This document shows positions 30,001 to 42,000 of a stretch of DNA of 64,000 nt, piece by piece. The position numbers and the translations under genes are program-made. Source of the DNA: Eledone cirrhosa (taxonomy: Eukaryota); NCBI GenBank assembly GCA_964016885.1, contig OZ024758.1, positions 29,760,001 to 29,824,000 on the forward strand, in the 5' to 3' direction. Each line of letters starts with the position of its first letter. The first letter of the stretch is position 1. Under the pieces are notes generated by a model. It had not been told where the DNA came from and made no database searches. It saw nothing but the letters and a program-made list of their open reading frames with translations.

Positions 30001-33000
30001 ATGTAAGTGTTTTTGTTGTTGCTATCATAAAATTATTAGAAGTCATGTAAGTAATTTTGTTGTTGCTATCATAAAATTATTGGAAGTCATGTAAGTGTTT
30101 TTGTTGTTGCTATCATAAAATTATTGGAAGTCATGTAAGTGTTTTTGTTGTTGCTATCATAAAATTATTGGAAGTCATGTAAGTCTTTTTTTTGTTGCTA
30201 TCATAAAATTATCGGAAGTCATGTAAATCTTTTTGCTGTTGCTATCATAAAATTATTGGAAGTCATGTAAGTCTTTTTGTTGTTGCTATCATAACATTAT
30301 TGGAAGTCATGTAAGTGTTTTTGTTGTTGCTATCATAACATTATTGGAAGTCATGTAAGTCTTTTTGTTGTTGCTATCATAAAATTATTGGAAGTCATGT
30401 AAGTCTTTTTGTTGTTGATATCATAAAATTATTGGAAGTGATGTAAGTGTTTTTGTTGTTGCTATCATAAAATTATTGGAAGTCATGTAAGTCTTTTTGT
30501 TGTTGCTATCATAAAATTATTGGAAGTGATGTAAGTCTTTTTGTTGTTGCTATCATAAAATTATTAGAAGTGATGTAAGTCTTTTTGTTGTTGCTATCAT
30601 AAAATTATTGGAAGTCATGTAAATCTTTTTGTTGTTGCTATCATAAAATAATTTGGAAGTCATGTAAGTCTTTTTGTTGTTGCTATCATAAAATTATTGG
30701 AAGTCATGCCAATCTAAGTCTTTTTATGGTTGCTATCATAAAATTATTGGAAGTCATGTAAGACTTTTAGTTGTTGGTATCATAAAATTATTGGAATTCA
30801 TGTAAGTCTTTTTGTTGTTGCTATCATAAAATTATTGGAAGTCATGTAAGTCTTTTTGTTGTTGCTATCATAAAATTATTGGAATTCATGTAAGTCTTTT
30901 TGTTGTTGCTATCATAAAATTATTGGAAGTCATGTAAGTCTTTTTGTTGTTGCTATCATAAAATTATTGGAAGTCATGTAAGTCTTTTTGTTGTTGCTAT
31001 CATAAAATTATTGGAAGTCATGTAAGTATTTTTGTTGTTGCTATCATAAAATTATTGGAAGTCATGTAAGTCTTTTTGTTGTTGCTATCATAAAATTATT
31101 GGAAGTCGTGCAAGTCTTTTTGTTGTTGCTATCATAAAATTATTGGAAGTAATGTAAGTCTTTTTGTTGTTGCTATCCAAAAATTATTGGAAGTCATGTA
31201 AGTCTTTTTGTTGTTGCTATCATAAAATTATTGGATGTAATGTAAGTCTTTTTGTTGTTGCTATCATAAAATTATTGGAAGTCGTGTAAGTCTTTTTGTT
31301 GTTGCTATCATAAAATTATTGTAAGTGATGTAAGTGTTTTTGTTGTTGCTATCATAAAATTATTGGAAGTCATGTAAGTCTTTTTGTTGTTGATATCATA
31401 AAATTATTAGAAGTGATGTAAGTCTTTTTGTTGTTGCTATCATAAAATTATTGGAGGTCATATAAATCTTTTTGTTGTTGCTATCATAAAATAATTTGGA
31501 AGTCATGTAAGTGTTTTTGTTGTTGCTATCATAAAATTATTGGAAGTCATGCCAATCTAAGTCTTTTTATGGTTGCTATCATAAAATTATTGGAAGTCAT
31601 GTAAGTCTTCTTGTTGCTATCATAAAATAAATTGGAAGTCATGTAAGTCTTTTTGTTGTTGCTATCATAAAATTATTGGAAGTCATGTAAGTCTTTTTGT
31701 TGTTGCTATCATAAAATTATTGGAAGTCATGTAAGTGTTTTTGTTGTTGCTATCATAAAATTATTAGAAGTCAGGTAAGTCATTTTGTTGTTGCTATCAT
31801 AAAATTATTGGAAGTCATCTAAGTGTTTTTGTTGTTGCTATCATAAAATTATTGGAAGTCATGTAAGTCTTTTTGTTGTTGCTATCATAAAATTATTGGA
31901 AGTCATGTAAGTCTTTTTGTTGTTGCTATCATAAAATTATTGGAAGTGATGTAAGTGTTTTTGTTGTTGCTATCATAAAATTATTGGAAGTCATGTAAGT
32001 CTTGTTGTCGTTGCTATCATAAAATTATTGGAAGTAATGTAAGTGTTTTTGTTGTTGCTATCATAAAATTATTGGAAGTCATGTAAGTCTTTTTGTTGTT
32101 GCTATCATAAAATTATTGGAATTCATGTAAGTCTTTTTGTTGTTGCTATCATAAAATTATTGGAAGTCATGTAAGTCTTTTTGTTGTTGCTATCATAAAA
32201 TTATTGGAAGTCGTGCAAGTCTTTTTGTTGTTGCTATCATAAAATTATTGGAAGTAATGTAAGTCTTTTTGTTGTTGCTATCCAAAAATTATTGGAAGTC
32301 ATGTAAGTCTTTTTGTTGTTGCTATCATAAAATTATTGGATGTAATGTAAGTCTTTTTGTTGTTGCTATCATAAAATTATTGGAAGTCGTGTAAGTCTTT
32401 TTGTTGTTGCTATCATAAAATTATTGTAAGTGATGTAAGTGTTTTTGTTGTTGCTATCATAAAATTATTGGAAGTCATGTAAGTCTTTTTGTTGTTGCTA
32501 TCATAAAATTATTAGAAGTCATGCCAATCTAAGTCTTTTTATGGTTGCTATCATAAAATTATTGGAAGTCATGTAAGTCTTCTTGTTGCTATCATAAAAT
32601 AAATTGGAAGTCATGTAAGTCTTTTTGTTGTTGCTATCATAAAATTATTGGAAGTCATGTAAGTCTTTTTGTTGTTGCTATCATAAAATTATTGGAAGTC
32701 ATGTAAGTGTTTTTGTTGTTGCCATCATAAAATTATTAGAAGTCAGGTAAGTCATTTTGTTGTTGCTATCATAAAATTATTGGAAGTCATCTAAGTGTTT
32801 TTGTTGTTGCTATCATAAAATTATTGGAAGTCATGTAAGTCTTTTTGTTGTTGCTATCATAAAATTATTGGAAGTCATGTAAGTCTTTTTGTTGTTGCTA
32901 TCATAAAATTATTGGAAGTGATGTAAGTGTTTTTGTTGTTGCTATCATAAAATTATTGGAAGTCATGTAAGTCTTGTTGTCGTTGCTATCATAAAATTAT

Positions 33001-36000
33001 TGGAAGTAATGTAAGTGTTTTTGTTGTTGCTATCATAAAATTATTGGAAGTCATGTAAGTGTTTTTGTTGTTGCTATCATAAAATTATTGGAAGTCATGT
33101 AAGTCTTTTAGTTGTTGCTATCATAAAATTATTAGAAGTAATGTAAGTCATTTTGTTGTTGCTATCATAAAATTATTAGTAGTAATGTAAGTCTCTTTGT
33201 TGTTGCTATCATAAAATTATTGGAAGTCATGTAAGTTTTTTTGTTGTTACTATCATAAAATTATTGGAAGTAATGTAAGTGTTTTTGTTGTTGCTATCAT
33301 AAAATTATTGGAAGTCATGTAAGTGTTTTTGTTGTTGCTATCATAAAATTATTGGAAGTCATGTAAGTCTTTTTGTTATTGCTATCATAAAATTATTGGA
33401 AGTCATGTAAGTGTTTTTGTTGCTATCATAAAATTATTGAAGTCATGTAAGTGTTTTTGTTGTTGCTATCATAAAATTATTGGAAGTCATGTAATTTTTT
33501 TGTTGTTGTTGTCATAAAATAATTTGGAAGTCATGTAAGTCTTTTTGTTGTTGCTATCATAATATTATAGCAAATCATGTAAGATTTTTTCTTGTTGCTA
33601 TCATAAAATTATTGGAAGTCATGTAAGTGTTTTTGTTGCTATCATAAAATTATTGGAAGTCATATAAGTCTGTTTGTTGTTGCTATCATAAAATTATTGG
33701 AAGTCATGTAAGTGTTTTTGTTGTTGCTATCATAAAATTATTGGAAGTCATGTAAGTCTTTTTTTTGTTGCTATCATAAAATTATTGGAAGTCATGTAAA
33801 CCTTTTTGTTGTTGCTATCATAAAATTATTGGAAGTCATGTCAGTCTTTTTGTTGTTGCTATCATAAAATTATTGGAAGTCATGTAAGTGTTTTTGTTGT
33901 TGCTATCATAAAATTATTAGAAGTCATGTAAGTCATTTTGTTGTTGCTATCATAAAATTATTGGAAGTCATGTAAATCTTTTTGTTGTTGCTATCATAAA
34001 ATTATTGGAAGTCATGTAAGTCTTTTTTTTGTTGCTATCATAAAATTATTGGACGTCATGTAAGTCTTTTTGTTGTTGCTATCATAAAATTATTGGAAGT
34101 CATGTAAGTGTTTTTGTTGTTGCTATCATAAAATTATTAGAAGTCATGTAAGTAATTTTGTTGTTGCTATCATAAAATTATTGGAAGTCATGTAAGTGTT
34201 TTTGTTGTTGCTATCATAAAATTATTGGAAGTCATGTAAGTGTTTTTGTTGTTGCTATCATAAAATTATTGGAAGTCATGTAAGTCTTTTTTTTGTTGCT
34301 ATCATAAAATTATCGGAAGTCATGTAAATCTTTTTGCTGTTGCTATCATAAAATTATTGGAAGTCATGTAAATCTTTTTGTTGTTGCTATCATAACATTA
34401 TTGGAAGTCATGTAAGTGTTTTTGTTGTTGCTATCATAACATTATTGGAAGTCATGTAAGTCTTTTTGTTGTTGCTATCATAAAATTATTGGAAGTCATG
34501 TAAGTCTTTTTGTTGTTGATATCATAAAATTATTGGAAGTGATGTAAGTGTTTTTGTTGTTGCTATCATAAAATTATTGGAAGTCATGTAAGTCTTTTTG
34601 TTGTTGCTATCATAAAATTATTGGAAGTGATGTAAGTCTTTTTGTTGTTGCTATCATAAAATTATTAGAAGTGATGTAAGTCTTTTTGTTGTTGCTATCA
34701 TAAAATTATTGGAAGTCATGTAAATCTTTTTGTTGTTGCTATCATAAAATAATTTGGAAGTCATGTAAGTCTTTTTGTTGTTGCTATCATAAAATTATTG
34801 GAAGTCATGCCAATCTAAGTCTTTTTATGGTTGCTATCATAAAATTATTGGAAGTCATGTAAGACTTTTAGTTGTTGGTATCATAAAATTATTGGAATTC
34901 ATGTAAGTCTTTTTGTTGTTGCTATCATAAAATTATTGGAAGTCATGTAAGTCTTTTTGTTGTTGCTATCATAAAATTATTGGAATTCATGTAAGTCTTT
35001 TTGTTGTTGCTATCATAAAATTATTGGAAGTCATGTAAGTCTTTTTGTTGTTGCTATCATAAAATTATTGGAAGTCATGTAAGTCTTTTTGTTGTTGCTA
35101 TCATAAAATTATTGGAAGTCATGTAAGTATTTTTGTTGTTGCTATCATAAAATTATTGGAAGTCATGTAAGTCTTTTTGTTGTTGCTATCATAAAATTAT
35201 TGGAAGTCGTGCGAGTCTTTTTGTTGTTGCTATCATAAAATTATTGGAAGTAATGTAAGTCTTTTTGTTGTTGCTATCCAAAAATTATTGGAAGTCATGT
35301 AAGTCTTTTTGTTGTTGATATCATAAAATTATTGGATGTAATGTAAGTCTTTTTGTTGTTGCTATCATAAAATTATTGGAAGTCGTGTAAGTCTTTTTGT
35401 TGTTGCTATCATAAAATTATTGGAAGTAATGTAAGTCTTTTTGTTGTTGCTATCCAAAAATTATTGGAAGTCATGTAAGTCTTTTTGTTGTTGCTATCAT
35501 AAAATTATTGGAAGTAATGTAAGTCTTTTTGTTGTTGCTATCATAAAATTATTAGAAGTGATGTAAGTCTTTTTGTTGTTGCTATCATAAAATTATTGGA
35601 AGTCATGTAAATATTTTTGTTGTTGCTATCATAAAATAATTTGGAAGTCATGTAAGTCTTTTTGTTGTTGCTATCATAAAATTATTGGAAGTCATGCCAA
35701 TCTAAGTCTTTTTATGGTTGCTATCATAAAATTATTGGAAGTCATGTAAGTCTTCTTGTTGCTATCATAAAATAAATTGGAAGTCATGTAAGTCTTTTTG
35801 TTGTTGCTATCATAAAATTATTGGAAGTCATGTAAGTCTTTTTTTTTTTGCTATCATAAAATTATCAGAAGTCATGTAAGTGTTTTTGTTGTTGCTATCA
35901 TAAAATTATAGGAAGTCATGTCAGTCTTTTTGTTGTTGCTATCATAAAATTAATGGAAGTCATGTAAGTCTTTTTGTTGTTGCTATCATAAAATTATTGG

Positions 36001-39000
36001 AAGTAATGTAAGTCTTTTTGTTGTTGCTATCATAAAATTATTGGAAGTCATGTAAGTGTTTTTGTTGTTGCTATCATAAAATTATTGGAAGTAATGTAAG
36101 TGTTTTTGTTGTTGCTATCATAAAATTATTAGAAGTCATGTAAGTCATTTTGTTGTTGCTATCATAAAATTATTGGAAGTCATGTAAGTGTTTTTGTTGT
36201 TGCTATCATAACATTATTGGAAGTCATGTAAGTCTTTTTGTTGTTGCTATCATAAAATTATTGGAAGTCATGTAAGTCTTTTTGTTGTTGCTATCATAAC
36301 ATTATTGGAAGTCATGTAAGTCTTTTTGTTGTTGCTATCATAAAATTATTGGAAGTCATGTAAGTCTTTTTGTTGTTGATATCATAAAATTATTGGAAGT
36401 GATGTAAGTGTTTTTGTTGTTGCTATCATAAAATTATTCGAAGTCATGTAAGTCTTTTTGTTGTTGCTATCATAAAATTATTAGAAGTGATGTAAGTCTT
36501 TTTGTTGTTGCTATCATAAAATTATTGGAAGTCATGTAAATCTTTTTGTTGTTGCTATCATAAAATAATTTGGAAGTCATGTAAGTGTTTTTGTTGTTGC
36601 TATCATAAAATTATTGGAAGTCATGCCAATCTAAGTCTTTTTATGGTTGCTATCATAAAATTATTGGAAGTCATGTAAGTCTTCTTGTTGCTATCATAAA
36701 ATAAATTGGAAGTCATGTAAGTCTTTTTGTTGTTGCTATCATAAAATTATTGGAAGTCATGTAAGTCTTTTTGTTGTTGCTATCATAAAATTATTGGAAG
36801 TCATGTAAGTGTTTTTGTTGTTGCTATCATAAAATTATTGGAAGTCATGTCAGTGTTTTTGTTGTTGCTATCATAAAATTATTGGAAGTCATGTAAGTGT
36901 TTTCGTTGTTGCTATCATAAAATTATTAGAAGTCATGTAAGTCATTTTGTTGTTGCTATCATAAAATTATTGGAAGTCATGTAAGTGTTTTTGTTGTTGC
37001 TATCATAAAATTATTGGAAGTCATGTAAGTCTTTTTGTTGTTGCTATCATAAAATTATTGGAAGTCATGTAAGTCTTTTTGTTGTTGCTATCATAAAATT
37101 ATTGGAAGTGATGTAAGTGTTTTTGTTGTTGCTATCATAAAATTATTGGAAGTCATGTAAGTCTTGTTGTCGTTGCTATCATAAAATTATTGGAAGTTAT
37201 GTAAGTGTTTTTGTTGTTGCTATCATAAAATTATTGGAAGTCATGTAAGTGTTTTTGTTGTTGCTACCATAAAATTATTAGAAGTAATGTAAGTCTTTTA
37301 GTTGTTGCTATCATAAAATTATTAGAAGTAATGTAAGTCTTTTTGTTGTTGCTATCATAATATTATTAGAAGTAATGTAAGTCTCTTTGTTGTTGCTATC
37401 ATAAAATTATAGGAAGTCATGTAAGTTTTTTTGTTGTTACTATCATAAAATTATTGGAAGTAATGTAAGTGTTTTTGTTGTTGCTATCATAAAATTATTG
37501 GAAGTCATGTAAGTGTTTTTGTTGTTGCTATCATAAAATTATTGGAAGTCATGTAAGTCTTTTTGTTATTGCTATCATAAAATTATTGGAAGTCATGTAA
37601 GTGTTTTTGTTGCTATCATAAAATTATTGAAGTCATGTAAGTGTTTTTGTTGTTGCTATCATAAAATTATTGGAAGTCATGTAATTTTTTTGTTGTTGTT
37701 GTCATAAAATAATTTGGAAGTCATGTAAGTCTTTTTGTTGTTGCTATCATAATATTATAGCAAATCATGTAAGATTTTTTCTTGTTGCTATCATAAAATT
37801 ATTGGAAGTCATGTAAGTGTTTTTGTTGCTATCATAAAATTATTGGAAGTCATATAAGTCTTTTTGTTGTTGCTATCATAAAATTATTGGAAGTCATGTA
37901 AGTGTTTTTGTTGTTGCTATCATAAAATTATTGGAAGTCATGTAAATCTTTTTGTTGTTGCTATCATAAAATTATTGGAAGTCATGTAAGTCTTTTTGTT
38001 GTTGCTATCATAAAATTATTGGAAGTCATGTAAATCTTTTTGTTGTTGCTATCATAAAATTATTGGAAATCATGTAAGTCTTTTTTTTGGTGCTATCATA
38101 AAATTATTGGAAGTCATGTCAGTCTTTTTGTTGTTGCTATCATAAAATTATTGGAAGTCATGTAAGTGTTTTTGTTGTTGCTATCATAAAATTATTAGAA
38201 GTCATGTAAGTCATTTTGTTGTTGCTATCATAAAATTATTGGAAGTCATGTAAGTGTTTTTGTTATTGCTATCATAAAATTATTGGAAGTCATGTAAGTG
38301 TTTTTGTTGTTGCTATCATAAAATTATTGGAAGTCATTTAAGTCTTTTTTTTGTTGCTATCATAAAATTATCGGAAGTCATGTAAATCTTTTTGCTGTTG
38401 CTATCTTAAAATTATTGGAAGTCATGTAAGTCTTATATTTGTTGCTATCATAAAATTATATGAAGTCATGTAAGTGTTTTTGTTGTTGCTATCATAAAAT
38501 TATTGGAAGTCATGTAAGTGTTTTTGTTGTTGCTATCATAAAATTATTGGAAGTCATGTAAGTGTTTTTGTTGTTGCTATCATAAAATTATTGGAAGTCA
38601 TGTAAGTGTTTTTGTTGTTGCTATCATAAAATTATTGGAAGTCATGTAAGTGTTTTTGCTGTTGCTATCATAAAATTATTAGAAGTCATGTAAGTGTTAT
38701 TGTTGTTGCTACCATAAAATTATTGGAAGTCATGGAAGTGTTTTCGTTGTTGCTATCATAAAATTATTGGAAGTCATGTAAATGTTTTTGTTGCTATCAT
38801 AAAATTATTGGAAGTCATATAAGTCTTTTTGTTGTTGCTATCATAAAATTATTGGAAGTCATGTAAGTCTTTTTTTTGTTGCTATCATAAAATTATCGGA
38901 AGTCATGTCAGTCTTTTTGTTGTTGCTATCATAAAATTATTGGAAGTCATGTAAGTCTTTTTGTTGTTGCTATCATAAAATTATTGGAAGTAATGTAAGT

Positions 39001-42000
39001 GTTTTTGTTGTTGCTACCATAAAATTATTAGAAGTCATGTAAGTCATTTTGTTGTTGCTATCATAAAATTATTGGAAGTCATGTAAGTGTTTTTGTTGTT
39101 GCTATCATAACATTATTGGAAGTCATGTAAGTCTTTTTGTTGTTGCTATCATAAAATTATTGGAAGTCATGTAAGTGTTTTTGTTGTTGCTATCATAACG
39201 TTATTGGAAGTCATGTAAGTCTTTTTGTTGTTGCTATCATAAAATTATTGGAAGTCATGTAAGTCTTTTTGTTGTTGCTATCATAATATTATTGGAAGTG
39301 ATGTAAGTGTTTTTGTTGTTGCTATCATAAAATTATTCGAAGTCATGTAAGTCTTTTTGTTGTTGCTATCATAAAATTATTGGAAGTAATATAAGTGTTT
39401 TTGTTGTTGCTATCATAAAATTATTAGAAGTTATGTAAGTCTTTTAGTTGTTGCTATCATAAAATTATTAGAAGTCATGTAAGTCTTTTTGTTGTTGCTA
39501 TCATAAAATTATTAGAAGTAATGTAAGTCTTTTTGTTGTTGCTATCATAAAATTATTGGAAGTCATGTAAGTGTTTTTGTTGTTGCTATCATAAAATTAT
39601 TGGAAGTCATGTAAGTCTTTCTGTTGTTGCTATCATAAAATTATTGGTAGTGATGTAAGTGTTTTTGTTGTTGCTATCATAAAATTATTGGAAGTTATGT
39701 AAGTCTTTTTGTTGTTGCTATCATAATATTATTGGAAGTGATGTAAGTGTTTTTGTTGTTGCTATCATAAAATTATTGGAAGTCATGTAAGTCTTTTTGT
39801 TATTGCTATCATAAAATTATTGGAAGTCATGTAAGTGTTTTTGTTGCTATCATAAAATTATTGGAAGTCATATAAGTCTTTTGCTATCATAAAATTATTG
39901 GAAGTCATGTAAGTCTTTTTTTTGTTCTATCATAAATTTATTAGAAGTAATGTAAGTGTTTTTGTTGTTGCTATCATAAAATTATTGGAAGTCATGTAAG
40001 TCTTTTTGTTGTTGCTATCATAAAATTATTGGAAGTCATGTAAGTGTTTTTGTTGTTGCTATCATAAAATTATTGGAAGTCATGTAAGTCTTTTTTTTGT
40101 TGCTATCATAAAATTATCGGAAGTCATGTAAGTCTTTTTGCTGTTGCTATCATAAAATTATTGGAAGTCATGTAAGTCTTTTTTTTGTTGCTATCATAAA
40201 ATTATTTGAAGTCATGTAAGTGTTTTTGTTGTTGCTATCATAAAATTATAGGAAGTCATGTCAGTGTTTTTGTTGTGCTATCATAAAATTATTAGAAGTC
40301 ATGTAAGTCATTTTGTTGTTGCTATCATAAAATTATTGGAAGTCATGTAAGTGTTTTTGTTGTTGCTATCATAAAATCATTGGAAATTATGTAAGTGTTT
40401 TTGTTGTTGCTATCATAAAATTATTGGAAGTCATGTAAGTGTTTTTGTTGTTGCTATCATAAAATTATTAGAAGTCATGTAAGTCATTTTTTTGTTGCTA
40501 TCATAAAATTATTGGAAGTCATGTAAGTGTTTTTGTTGTTGCTATCATAAAATTATTGGAAGTCATGTAATTTTTTTGTTGTTGTTATCATAAAATAATT
40601 TGGAAGTCATGTAAGTGTTTTTGTTGTTGCTATCATAAAATTATTGGAAGTCATATAAGTCTTTTTGTTGTTGCTATCATAAAATTATTGGAAGTCATGT
40701 AAGTGTTTTTGTTGTTGCTATCATAAAATTATTGGAAGTGATGGAAGTCTTTTTGTTGTTCCTATCATAAAATTATTGGAAGTCATGTAAGTCTTTTTGT
40801 TGTTGCTATCATAAAATTATTAGAAGTGATGTAAGTCTTTTTGTTGTTGCTATCATAAAATTATTGGAAGTCATGTAAATCTTTTTGTTGTTGCTATCAT
40901 AAAATAATTTGGAAGTCATGTAAGTCTTTTTGTTGTTGCTATCATAAAATTATTGGAAGTCATGCCAATCTAAGTCTTTTTATGGTTGCTATCATAAAAT
41001 TATTGGAAGTCATGTAAGTCTTCTTGTTGCTATCATAAAATAAATTGGAAGTCATGTAAGTCTTTTTGTTGTTGCTATCATAATATTATTGGAAGTCATG
41101 TAAGTGTTTTTGTTGTTGCTATCATAAAATTATTGGAAGTCATGTCAGTGTTTTTGTTGTTGCTATCATAAAATTTTTAGAAGTCATGTAAGTCATTTTG
41201 TTGTTGCTATCATAAAATCATTGGAAGTCATGTAAGTGTTTTTGTTGTTGCTATCATAAAATCATTGGAAGTCATGTAAGTGTTTTTGTTGTTGCTATCA
41301 TAAAATTATTGGAAGTCATGTAAGTGTTTTTGTTGTTGCTATCATAACATTATTGGAAGTCATGTAAGTCTTTTTGTTGTTGCTATCATAAAATTATTGG
41401 AAGTCATGTAAGTCTTTTTGTTGTTGCTATCATAAAATTATTGGAAGTGATGTAAGTGTTTTTGTTGTTGCTATCATAAAATTATTCGAAGTCATGTAAG
41501 TCTTTTTGTTGTTGCTATCATAAAATTATTGGAAGTAATATAAGTGTTTTTGTTGTTGCTATCATAAAATTATTAGAAGTTATGTAAGTCTTTTAGTTGT
41601 TGCTATCATAAAATTATTAGAAGTCATGTAAGTCTTTTTGTTGTTGCTATCATAAAATTATTAGAAGTAATGTAAGTCTTTTTGTTGTTGCTATCATAAA
41701 ATTATTGGAAGTCATGTAAGTGTTTTTGTTGTTGCTATCATAAAATTATTGGAAGTCATGTAAGTCTTTCTGTTGTTGCTATCATAAAATTATTGGTAGT
41801 GATGTAAGTGTTTTTGTTGTTGCTATCATAAAATTATTGGAAGTTATGTAAGTCTTTTTGTTGTTGCTATCATAATATTATTGGAAGTGATGTAAGTGTT
41901 TTTGTTGTTGCTATCATAAAATTATTGGAAGTCATGTAAGTCTTTTTGTTATTGCTATCATAAAATTATTGGAAGTCATGTAAGTGTTTTTGTTGCTATC

